DNA of 32,000 bases from Planctopirus limnophila DSM 3776 (GTDB lineage Bacteria > Planctomycetota > Planctomycetia > Planctomycetales > Planctomycetaceae), in assembly GCF_000092105.1 (NCBI RefSeq), contig NC_014148.1, forward strand, positions 1,230,001-1,262,000, read 5' to 3'. Made by a program: the position numbers and the translations under genes. Below the pieces are notes generated by a model, which saw only the letters and a program-made list of their open reading frames with translations, ran no database searches and had not been told where the DNA came from. This document shows positions 12,656-21,518 of this stretch, in pieces; positions within the stretch are counted from its first letter, which is position 1; each line of letters starts with the position of its first letter.

Positions 12656-14779
12656 CTAACTCCCAAACTTCTTCGGCTTCGGAACTCTCCCGCGCTGGGC
12701 GGGCTTTTCTTCTCCGCGGGCGGCGGCACCTCGACTTTTACGCCGGCCTCGATTCTTCGGTTCCCGATCGCGCTGGGTCGTCAGGTCTTCATCCGCCTGA
12801 ATCGCCTGGCCCACCTGCTTCTTGAGTTGCAGAATCCGGTCACGTAGTTGAGCAGCCCGTTCAAAGTCGAGACTTTCCGCCGCCTTGAGCATTTCCGCTT
12901 CAAGCTCTGAAATGTATTCCAGTGTGACGTACTCGACCTCGCTTGACTTGCCACTGGCCTGCTGCACAATCTTGTTTGCCTCGGCATCCTCTTCAATCCC
13001 TCGCCGGATCGATTTGCGGATGGTTTCGGGCGTGATGCCGTGCTTTTTGTTATACGCCACCTGGAGTTCACGGCGGCGGTTGGTTTCATCAATCGCCAGC
13101 TGCATGCTGTTCGTGACCGAATCGGCATACAGATAGACCTCTGCATTAACGTTTCGTGCAGAGCGGCCAATCGTTTGAATGAGACTGGTTTCGCTACGCA
13201 GGAAGCCTTCTTTATCGGCATCGAGAATTGCAACCAGCGAAACTTCAGGAATATCAAGACCTTCTCGCAACAGGTTCACACCCACGAGCGTATCGTATTT
13301 CCCCTCGCGCAGTTCGCGAATGATTTCGACACGCTCGAACGCATCGAGTTCGCTATGCAGCCAGGCGCAGCGTAAACCTTCTTCGCGGAGATAAGCGGTC
13401 AGATCTTCGCAGAGTTTCTTGGTGAGGGCGGTGACCAGCACGCGCTCGTCTTTCTCGGCACGTCCTTTAATCAGCCCCATCAAGTGCTGTACCTGCCCGC
13501 GCGAAGGATGAATATGGATGACCGGATCGACCAGTCCGGTGGGACGGATCACCTGCTCGACAATCTCACCTTGCGACTGTTCTAATTCCCAGTCGGAAGG
13601 GGTGGCCGATACAAAAATGGCCTGCTTACGGCGAGTCTCCCATTCATCAAATTTGAGAGGCCTGTTATCCAAAGCCATGGGCAAGCGGAAGCCGTGTTCG
13701 ACCAGTGTCGTTTTCCGCGCATGATCGCCATTGAACATCGCACGAATCTGCGGAATTGTTACATGCGATTCATCAATAAACGTGAGGAAATCATTAGGAA
13801 AGAAGTCGAGTAGCGTATAGGGTGGTTCACCAGGCGGCCTGCCAGAAAGGGCTCGGCTATAGTTTTCGATCCCGGGGCAGAAGCCAACTTCGCGCAAAAG
13901 TTCCAGGTCGTGCCGGGTGCGGGCATTGAGCCGTTGAGCTTCGAGAAGTTTGCCTTCTTTTTTGAACTTTTCGAGTTGTTCGGCTAATTCCTTTTCGATC
14001 TCGGCCACAGCACTCGCGACACGATCTTCCGGGAGGACATAGTGCTTAGCCGGATAAATATAGATCTCTTCCAACGAGCGCACTTCATCACTCGTTACCG
14101 GGTGAATGATGGAGAGTTTGTCGATCTCATCTCCCCACAGCTCAATGCGATAGGCAAATTCCTCGTAAGCGGGCCAAACGTCGATCACATCGCCCCGCAC
14201 ACGAAAGTTGGCCCGTTCGGGTGCATGGTCATTCCGGGTGTACTGGATATCGCAAAGTTTGCGGAGCAGTTCGTCTCGATCAATGGATTCCCCCTTACGC
14301 AGAGGGATCATCATTTCGAGATAATCTTTGGGAGAACCCAGCCCGTAAATACAACTGACAGAAGCCACCACAATCACATCCCGCCGGCTCACCAGAGCAC
14401 TCGTCGCGAGCAGACGAAGCCTGTCGATTTCTTCGTTAATCGACGAGTCTTTTTCGATATAAATATCCCGCTGAGGGATATAAGCCTCCGGCTGATAGTA
14501 GTCGTAGTAGCTCACAAAATAAGTGACGGCGTTATGCGGGAAGAATTCTTTAAACTCGGCATAAAGCTGTGCCGCCAGCGTCTTGTTGTGAGACAACACA
14601 AGTGCCGGCCGTTGAAGCTGCTCGATGACATTCGCCATGGTGAATGTCTTCCCCGAACCGGTGACCCCCAGCAGTGTCTGATTCTTTCGATCGTTCTTCA
14701 GGCCTTTGACGAGCGCTTCAATCGCTTTGGGTTGATCCCCTGCGGGACGAAAACGGGAATCTATCTGAAACTGTGGCAT
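12656..14779 (-). CDS. uvrB: excinuclease ABC subunit B
   Basis: 707 aa. N-terminus [20 protein letters not shown], Walker [24 protein letters not shown] (DExH), and a C-terminal UVR motif [29 protein letters not shown] ~60-aa Arg/Lys-rich tail follows. Confidence 0.97.
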   Translation of the reverse strand: MPQFQIDSRFRPAGDQPKAIEALVKGLKNDRKNQTLLGVTGSGKTFTMANVIEQLQRPALVLSHNKTLAAQLYAEFKEFFPHNAVTYFVSYYDYYQPEAYIPQRDIYIEKDSSINEEIDRLRLLATSALVSRRDVIVVASVSCIYGLGSPKDYLEMMIPLRKGESIDRDELLRKLCDIQYTRNDHAPERANFRVRGDVIDVWPAYEEFAYRIELWGDEIDKLSIIHPVTSDEVRSLEEIYIYPAKHYVLPEDRVASAVAEIEKELAEQLEKFKKEGKLLEAQRLNARTRHDLELLREVGFCPGIENYSRALSGRPPGEPPYTLLDFFPNDFLTFIDESHVTIPQIRAMFNGDHARKTTLVEHGFRLPMALDNRPLKFDEWETRRKQAIFVSATPSDWELEQSQGEIVEQVIRPTGLVDPVIHIHPSRGQVQHLMGLIKGRAEKDERVLVTALTKKLCEDLTAYLREEGLRCAWLHSELDAFERVEIIRELREGKYDTLVGVNLLREGLDIPEVSLVAILDADKEGFLRSETSLIQTIGRSARNVNAEVYLYADSVTNSMQLAIDETNRRRELQVAYNKKHGITPETIRKSIRRGIEEDAEANKIVQQASGKSSEVEYVTLEYISELEAEMLKAAESLDFERAAQLRDRILQLKKQVGQAIQADEDLTTQRDREPKNRGRRKSRGAAARGEEKPAQRGRVPKPKKFGS

Positions 14780-14826
14780 AGCTACTTTTCCCCGACTGAG
14801 CGATCACCCATCCTACGATTCTCAAT

Positions 14827-16131
14827 CTATTCCAGGCAGTAGAGCCACTCCTGCCGACTGCCGCCCGATTCTTCGCCGACGCGCAGAAAGAGTTCTTTCC
14901 CGACGACCGCCGGGCTGGCAAAGGTGCTGTTTCCCAGCGTATTGCGGGCCACTTCTTCATACTTCTGTGGATTCGGCTTAAAGACGTACATCGTCCCCAG
15001 TTCATTCGCCCAGTAGATATAACCACCGGCATAGACCGGCGAGGCACTCACGGGCCCTGTTAAGCGCTGCTTCCACATCTCTTTTCCAGTCTCGGCATTC
15101 CAGCAGAACATCACACCGTTATCAGTGAGTGCGTAAACGTAGCCATCAATGAGAATCATCGATTGTTCGTAGCATTTCTGGTTGTTCTTCCAGAGCACTT
15201 TGCCACTTCCGTCAGCCTTGACGGCAATGGTCTCAGCTTTGGGATAACCGCCGCTGGCGACGACGATATCATCTTCCCAGATCATGGTGCCGCAGGTGGC
15301 CATGGTGGTTCCGGGAGTGGACCAGAGGAGTTTCCCGGTGGTGGGGTTATAAGCAGAGATTTTCTCCTGGCCGCTGATGAGAAGTTGATCTTTCCCCGCG
15401 ACATGGGCAATCACGGGCGATGAAAAGGTCAACATGCCGGCGCGTGGTGTTTTCCATAATGGTTTGCCGGTCTGGCGATCGAAGGCTGCAATAAAGCTCT
15501 CCCCTTCCCATTCAGCCGAGACGATCACCGAATTCTGGTAGAGCAAAGGTGAAGGTGCATAGCCATACTCGAAACGCATGGGCTTAAAGCGACCAGCAAA
15601 CTTCCGCCAGCTCACTTTGCCGTCGAGTGTCAACGCGATCAATTCGACTTGATCGTGATGATAAAAGGAGATGAAAAGTCGCTCACCATCGCAGGCAATC
15701 GTGGGTGAAGCCTCGGTGTTTTTGGGATGATTGTTCTCCGGGAAAGCCCCGCGATTGACCTCAGTTTCCCAGAGCTTTTTCCCCGTGTTTCGATCAAACG
15801 CAATGACAGAGTGAATCTGTGCCGCTTCGTCAGCCGTCGGCAAAAAGACTTTGGATCCCACGACGATAGGGGAGCCATGTCCGCGGCCGGGAACCTGTGC
15901 TTTCCACTTCACATGATTGCTGGCACTGAACTCTGTGGGAGGTTGAGCATCCGGCTGAGCGTAGCCATTCCGGCTCGGCCCGCGCCACCATGGCCAGTCA
16001 GTTTTGGGACTCAGCTTAGGAAAGTCAGCAATGCCACGATCTTCAGCATCAACAGGTGTCGATGCGAAGAGCCCCAGGCCACAAATTGTCAGTAACCAAA
16101 GGTGGGGTACAAAAGCTTTCCACAAATTCAT
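14827..16131 (-). CDS. secreted PQQ-like (BamB/YfgL-fold) beta-propeller repeat protein
   Basis: ATG at 16131 gives the signal peptide MNLWKAFVPHLWLLTICGLGLFASTPVDA. The track extension to 16299 is unlikely. Recurrent a.d..tGk.lW repeats: VIAFDRNTGKKLWE, IAAFDRQTGKPLWK, ISAYNPTTGKLLWS, FCWNAETGKEMWK. Confidence 0.85.
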   Translation of the reverse strand: MNLWKAFVPHLWLLTICGLGLFASTPVDAEDRGIADFPKLSPKTDWPWWRGPSRNGYAQPDAQPPTEFSASNHVKWKAQVPGRGHGSPIVVGSKVFLPTADEAAQIHSVIAFDRNTGKKLWETEVNRGAFPENNHPKNTEASPTIACDGERLFISFYHHDQVELIALTLDGKVSWRKFAGRFKPMRFEYGYAPSPLLYQNSVIVSAEWEGESFIAAFDRQTGKPLWKTPRAGMLTFSSPVIAHVAGKDQLLISGQEKISAYNPTTGKLLWSTPGTTMATCGTMIWEDDIVVASGGYPKAETIAVKADGSGKVLWKNNQKCYEQSMILIDGYVYALTDNGVMFCWNAETGKEMWKQRLTGPVSASPVYAGGYIYWANELGTMYVFKPNPQKYEEVARNTLGNSTFASPAVVGKELFLRVGEESGGSRQEWLYCLE

Positions 16132-16965
16132 GTTTATCACCAAAGAACCTTTAAGCAGGGAAATGAGGAGGAGCAGGGAAATGAAAAGGTCAGGTTTTCC
16201 TGAAGGAGACCAGCAATTTTGGGCGAGCGTGGATCTCTCGAAATCTAAGGTGACGCAGTGCGCCCGGCAACAGTCATTTTTTCTCCCGGAAAGATTCATC
16301 TGCTTCGCGAGGGAAAACGTATTGTCAGCAAATCAGAGCCAATCTGCCAGAACATACAGCAAAAGCGGACTTTCGCTTGATGGAAATTCAGCACATGGAA
16401 CGACTTGTTGTAAGGTTTTCCGCTTCAGCGAGTAGCCCTTAACAAGCATTGTCGTGGAACTGAATTGACCTGAGTGACCTGTGGTGAACCTGAGAATCAA
16501 TGGTCATGCCGGGATTTTTGATAACCAACACCAGGTTGATGGCTACTGAGAATGATGAATCGCTGGTCACAATCGCCCTGATGGGCAACATCAAAACCTG
16601 ATGGGCAAGATCAAAAACAGTGCGAATGGACCAGATGAACTGAACTTTTCCTGAATCTGCGGGTCAGAGGTTTCACTCGCAGTGTTCAGAACGACGGCTG
16701 ACGGGAACTTGCTACGGGCGGACAGATTTCTGCCTGGCTGGCAATCCCGAAAGCCCGACACCCAAGAAAGCTCGATATCTCTGAAAAGCTCGACTTTTCC
16801 AAGTCATGGAGAATTCTGGGCCACGTCCGATCTGGGTTGATGCAGCCGACTATCATTCAGGCAGCCAGCTCAGAACTTCGCTGCATGGAACACGGCTTAA
16901 CGGATCAAGATGAATACATACATTCGTCGGCCTGCTGCTCGAACAGGTTGGCATAGAAGATAGAA

Positions 16966-17421
16966 ATGGATTGCCAGATGACCCCTCCTGCCGCACCGCA
17001 AATTTCCTCACAACCCGATTGGCTCAATAACCGTACCGACACCTGGCAGGCCGCCATCAAGCTGGAACAGGTGGCGCGCAGGGAAGTGGTTGACCAGATC
17101 CAGCAAGCCAGGACGCGGAGAGTCCAGCAGACCATCGTGCTGTTTCTGGCCGCTGTCGGATTAATCTCTGCTGTGGTCTGGCTCGATACGAACGCTGCCG
17201 TTAAGGCGAACACTGCCAGTAAGACTCAGGCGGTCTTGCCCTCCACAGCAGCAAATCAGGCTGTAGCGCCATCGGCCAATACGGAAGCGATGCTCACCCG
17301 TCCCGTCCATACAGAGCCACGAGTCACATCGTCGGTGACAACTGCTGTGGGGACAAGTGCCGTGGGGATCAGTGCTCAGGCTGGATTGTCGATGGATCCT
17401 TCCGCTCTGACGGCACACTAA
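16966..17421 (+). CDS. possible single-pass membrane protein (weak call)
   Basis: 151-aa ORF with one hydrophobic segment (TIVLFLAAVGLISAVVWL) and a low-complexity Ala/Thr/Ser tail. It is the only sizeable ORF in a 1.85-kb gap. Confidence 0.3.
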   Translation: MDCQMTPPAAPQISSQPDWLNNRTDTWQAAIKLEQVARREVVDQIQQARTRRVQQTIVLFLAAVGLISAVVWLDTNAAVKANTASKTQAVLPSTAANQAVAPSANTEAMLTRPVHTEPRVTSSVTTAVGTSAVGISAQAGLSMDPSALTAH

Positions 17422-17485
17422 GACACCATTCGGATCGCTTATTCTCGGAACAGTGTTTCGAGGTCAAAACTGTGTTTCCAGCCTA

Positions 17486-17507
17486 GTAGGGCAGACTCCC
17501 GCCTGCC
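17486..17507. repeat. REP-like hairpin GTAG-GGCAGactcccgCCTGCC
   Basis: Sister copy at 29264-29285. Confidence 0.6.
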
Positions 17508-17640
17508 GATTAGGTTTACCGCACCCTTTGGACTCAATCCAGAAAGACAGGCACCCACGAGCCCGCCCAACACGTCTCAGCTTTCTCCACCCGTCATGCA
17601 CTTCATGCCCTTCGCGGCTGGGTGGCTGGGGTTCTTGACT

Positions 17641-17666
17641 CCTTCTCCCGTTCCGACGGGAGAAGG
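17641..17666. repeat. perfect 10-bp hairpin CCTTCTCCCG-ttccga-CGGGAGAAGG followed by ccgggatgagggg
   Basis: Read directly from the sequence. It looks like a REP-type intergenic element. Confidence 0.5.
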
Positions 17667-18148
17667 CCGGGATGAGGGGAACTCGCACTTATGGAGCGTG
17701 CGATCAACAAGCGGCTTCATCGCAGCACACTCTTCACCTTATGCCACGCCGAGACAATCACCGCACCTGCGGCTGGGTGGCTGGGGTCAAACGTCCTCGT
17801 TTGCCCCCAGGACATTAGACTTCGATTGTCCCTGGCGAACTTTCTCAACTGCCATGAAGCATGTTTTCAGAGACTCACAATTTCCGAGCACATGGACAGC
17901 CATATTCCACGGATTCACAGGCAACATTCACGCCCATACCGGCTCGATCTGAGTTCGTCGGGCGTCCTGTAGTGGGTCATTCAGGCCAACTGTCAACAGC
18001 ATTTATCGCTTTTAATCATCCCTAAATTTCTCGCAAGCTGTCTGCTTTCTCAGAGAGAAGCATCGATTCTTGCCCCGAAAACACATAGAATTTCGAGCAC
18101 TGGCGGTGGCGACTCGATCTGAGTCGAACTTGCCGACATCTCTGAAGG

Positions 18149-18766
18149 ATGGACCGGGTGCTTCAGAATTCACCGATTACACGAGTCAGCCTGCTGCTCC
18201 GCCTGAGGGATACGGCAGACCACTCGGCATGGCAGCAGTTTGCAGAACTGTACGGCCCTGTCATCTATCGCTTTGCTCGCGGACGTGGACTTCAGGATGC
18301 TGACGCCGCCGATGTGATGCAGGACACGCTCAGGTCAGTTTCTAACGCAATCGGTCGTCTCGACTACGATAGCGCGAAAGGAAGCTTCCGAGGGTGGCTA
18401 TTTACTATTGCCAGGAACAAGATTTTCAACCTGCTCTCTTCGCGGAAAAACAAGCCGCGGGCGGCTGGTGACACAGCAGCCCACGAGTTGCTGCAAGCCA
18501 CCCCTTCCGACGACAACAGCCTCGAAGAGTCCTGGGAAGACGAATATCGCCGCAGGCTGGCTGGCATTGCGATTGAACGCATCAAAGGAGAGTTCCAACC
18601 CAACACCTGGGAAGCCTTCTGGGGGACAGCCGTCAACGGAGAATCCGCGACGGATGTGGGTGAGCGGTTGGGAATGTCCAGTGGTGCTGTCTATGTTGCC
18701 AAAAGTCGCGTGCTTGCCCGTCTCAAAGAGCAGGTTCAGCGGTTGATCGATGAAGAGGATCAGTAG
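18149..18766 (+). CDS. ECF-type RNA polymerase sigma-70 family factor
   Basis: 205 aa. TRVSLLLRLRDTADHSAWQQFAELYGPVIYRF (region 2 N-terminal part), DAADVMQDTL, FRGWLFTIARNK, and the region 4 HTH ATDVGERLGMSSGAVYVAKSRVLARLKE. Confidence 0.9.
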   Translation: MDRVLQNSPITRVSLLLRLRDTADHSAWQQFAELYGPVIYRFARGRGLQDADAADVMQDTLRSVSNAIGRLDYDSAKGSFRGWLFTIARNKIFNLLSSRKNKPRAAGDTAAHELLQATPSDDNSLEESWEDEYRRRLAGIAIERIKGEFQPNTWEAFWGTAVNGESATDVGERLGMSSGAVYVAKSRVLARLKEQVQRLIDEEDQ

Positions 18767-18768
18767 TC

Positions 18769-21297
18769 ATGCCATCACAGCCCGCTCCTTTCCCCGCCGA
18801 GCATTCGACCGGAAAGAGTTCGTCAGATATTGATCTGACAACGAATTCATCGACGACCGAAGCCCGGCAGATCTGTGATTCGCCCTGTCCTTCGGTCGAA
18901 GTGCTCAAGCAAGTCATGCTCGGGACACTCGATTCGCAGCAGCAGCAGGTCTGTATCTGCCATCTCGATCATTGCACGGCTTGCCAGCAAGCCCTCGAAC
19001 GATTGGCCACTGGCGATTGCGCACTTGGCCGAAAGATGGGCCAGCTGTGCCAGCATGTCGATCAGACTGTTCCCGAATCGGGCTCCGCCTATTGGCCCGC
19101 TTTACGCGAGGTCGAAGTCGATCTGGCTGAGACCTTTGTTCCAGAACTGAGCCCACTCCCCAGTTCTTTATCGGGCCTGGGGAAAGACAGTGCGGCCCCC
19201 ACTTCGGGATCGGGTGGAAAGCCCTCGAACTTTTCTCATCCCAGCCGGGGAGATTTGAAGCTCGACTTTCTATCTCCTCCCGAAGACCCGGCCTATCTGG
19301 GGCGGCTGTCTCACTTTGATATCTCCCGCGTGATTGGCCGTGGCGGTATGGGTGTGGTGCTGGAAGCGTTTGATACGCATCTTCAGCGCGCCGTCGCCAT
19401 TAAAGTGCTTGATCCGGAACTCGCCTCCAACGAGACCGCCAGACTTCGCTTCTGCCGGGAAGCTCGCGCCGCCGCCGCCATTACTCACGAGCATGTGGTT
19501 TCCCTACATCATGTTGAAAAATCGGACAATGGCGACCTGCCGTTTCTGGTGATGCAACTGGTTCAAGGAACCACTCTTGAAGCTCGAATTGCCAGCGAAC
19601 ACAAACTCCCCGTCCGCGAAATCGTCAGGATCGGGATGCAGGTTGCCGCCGGTCTGGCAGCAGCTCACGCCGAGGGGTTGATTCATCGCGATGTCAAACC
19701 GGCGAATATTCTTCTGGAAGGGCCCAGTGGACGCGTGAAGCTGACAGACTTCGGCCTCGCCCGCTGTGTCGAAGATGTCAAACTCACGCAGACCGGCTTC
19801 GTCACTGGCACTCCACTTTACATGGCTCCCGAACAGGCCCTGGGCGAGGAAATCGACGAACGCTCCGACCTCTTCAGCCTCGGTGCTGTGATGTACGAAA
19901 TGGCGACGGGTGTCCCTCCTTTTTCCGGGACGACACCACTGGCCATCCTGCGCAAAATCACCGAAGAAAATGCCCGGCCCATCAGCCAGCTCAACCCGGA
20001 GATTCCCACCTGGCTGGTCGAGATCATCAGCAATCTGCTCAAGAGAAATCGTAACGATCGTTACAGTTCAGCGGCTGAAGTGGCTCACATCCTCGCTTCG
20101 AAGTATCAGCAACTGGAGCACCTTTCGCCGTTACAGCTCCCGACAGTCGCTGGCGATGCCTTCCATGAAACGTCGCTCACCTGCCGACAGGCCGAAAAGC
20201 GGCACGCCCGCAATCGTCTGTTCGCACTGGCTGGCGGCATCTTGGGAGGCATGATCCTCACACTTTCGGCAGTCAGCTTTTACTGGTGGCAACTGGGCCT
20301 GACGACTCCCAATCCTACGGGTGCCTCAGCCAATTCACCGGGTGCCAATACAGCCTCCATCGGTGGGCTGGATGGTGCCGGAAGTGCGAATGAGACAATT
20401 CCACGCGTCAAACCAGGAAGGGTCTACACCAACAACGCCGGCCCGGTCTGGGGCATGGAGATCACTTCGGACAACAAGCAGCTTTTCACGGCAATAGACG
20501 ACGGCACCATCCGCGTCTGGAACCGTGATCAGCATCGCATTGCCGGCACTGTCCAGGCATTTGCCGGTCAGGTCTGGGATGTCTCAGCCTCTGAAGATCG
20601 CAAGTTCTTCGCCGGCGGCGGAGATGACGGCAGCGTGAAAGTTTTTGATCTCTCCACTCGCCAGCTGCATGAAACCTTAAAAGCCGGTGGCCCGGTGCGA
20701 ACCTTGCAATTCGCACCGAAAGGACATCGCCTGGCTGTGGGTACTCGAACAGGTCAGGTGGAAATCTGGGATGTGGATACCAAAGAACGCCTCCTGATGA
20801 ACCCTGGTCATACCAGTGGTGTCGTCTCTGTCGCCTGGTCGAATGATGGACAGTTTCTGGCGACTGGCGGAGGAGATAAGACAGTCAATCTGTGGGATGC
20901 AGCCGATGGTTCTCTCCTGCTGGAAATGACGGGTCACACCGGAGGCGTCTACAGCGTTGCCTTTACGGCTGATGATCAGAAGATTGTCACCGGAGGCTGG
21001 GATAAAAAACTGCATGTCTGGGATGCCGCGACAGGTTCGAGCCTGGGAGAATTGGACGGACATACGGCCGATATCTGGTCGGTGGCGTGCTCTCCTGCTG
21101 GTGCACTGGTGGCCTCTGCCGGTGAAGACCGGATGCTCAGACTGTGGGATCTCGACACCATGAAACCTGTGGCAGTGCTGAACGATCAATCGGGCACGAT
21201 CTACTCGGTTTGCTTCTCGGCTGACGGAAAATCGGTCCTCACGACCGGCCGCGATGGCATTACGCGGGAATGGAGTGTCCCCCAGACCAGCAAATAA
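18769..21297 (+). CDS. membrane Ser/Thr protein kinase with N-terminal HxxxCxxC (ZAS-like anti-sigma) motif, one TM helix and C-terminal WD40 beta-propeller
   Basis: 842 aa. The ATG lies 2 nt after the sigma gene's stop codon. Motifs: CHLDHCTACQQALERL; VIGRGGMGVV, AIKVL, HRDVKPANILL, DFGLA, YMAPE; TM LFALAGGILGGMILTLSAVSFYWW; at least 6 WD repeats (GHTSGVVSVAWSNDGQFLATGGGDKTVNLWD, and others). Confidence 0.92.
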   Translation: MPSQPAPFPAEHSTGKSSSDIDLTTNSSTTEARQICDSPCPSVEVLKQVMLGTLDSQQQQVCICHLDHCTACQQALERLATGDCALGRKMGQLCQHVDQTVPESGSAYWPALREVEVDLAETFVPELSPLPSSLSGLGKDSAAPTSGSGGKPSNFSHPSRGDLKLDFLSPPEDPAYLGRLSHFDISRVIGRGGMGVVLEAFDTHLQRAVAIKVLDPELASNETARLRFCREARAAAAITHEHVVSLHHVEKSDNGDLPFLVMQLVQGTTLEARIASEHKLPVREIVRIGMQVAAGLAAAHAEGLIHRDVKPANILLEGPSGRVKLTDFGLARCVEDVKLTQTGFVTGTPLYMAPEQALGEEIDERSDLFSLGAVMYEMATGVPPFSGTTPLAILRKITEENARPISQLNPEIPTWLVEIISNLLKRNRNDRYSSAAEVAHILASKYQQLEHLSPLQLPTVAGDAFHETSLTCRQAEKRHARNRLFALAGGILGGMILTLSAVSFYWWQLGLTTPNPTGASANSPGANTASIGGLDGAGSANETIPRVKPGRVYTNNAGPVWGMEITSDNKQLFTAIDDGTIRVWNRDQHRIAGTVQAFAGQVWDVSASEDRKFFAGGGDDGSVKVFDLSTRQLHETLKAGGPVRTLQFAPKGHRLAVGTRTGQVEIWDVDTKERLLMNPGHTSGVVSVAWSNDGQFLATGGGDKTVNLWDAADGSLLLEMTGHTGGVYSVAFTADDQKIVTGGWDKKLHVWDAATGSSLGELDGHTADIWSVACSPAGALVASAGEDRMLRLWDLDTMKPVAVLNDQSGTIYSVCFSADGKSVLTTGRDGITREWSVPQTSK

Positions 21298-21444
21298 GCG
21301 GGCAAACAGGTGAGCAAACAGACCACGGGCACAAATCTCACGGTCCGATGACCAACATTTGCCGCGGGACAGTTGTTTGCCAGTTTCCGATCAATTATTG
21401 TTTGGGAACCGAGTGTTCAGGATCGAGTTTCGAACCTGCACGAA

Positions 21445-21518
21445 GGGCGGTTAGCTCAGTTGGTTAGAGCGTCACGCTTACACCGTGAATGTCGGGGGTT
21501 CGAGTCCCTCACCGCCCA
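21445..21518 (+). tRNA. tRNA-Val (anticodon UAC)
   Basis: Hand-folded cloverleaf. Acceptor GGGCGGT/ACCGCCC, D stem GCTC/GAGC, anticodon stem TCACG/CGTGA with loop CTTACAC, variable ATGTC, T arm GGGGG-TTCGAGT-CCCTC, discriminator A. CCA is not encoded. Confidence 0.9.

Noticed and set aside
12781-14842. ORFs antisense to or overlapping uvrB (12781-13257, 12885-13136, 13040-13375, 14042-14842 and others)
   Set aside because: They lie inside the uninterrupted, motif-complete uvrB frame and have no motifs of their own. They are shadow ORFs.
16132-16299. N-terminal 56-aa extension of the PQQ-propeller ORF
   Set aside because: The internal ATG at 16131 yields a canonical signal peptide. The extension is Cys/Leu-rich with no features.
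18847-21189. Minus-strand ORFs within the kinase gene (e.g. 20677-21189, 170 aa)
   Set aside because: They are antisense to a complete kinase/WD40 frame and have no independent signals.
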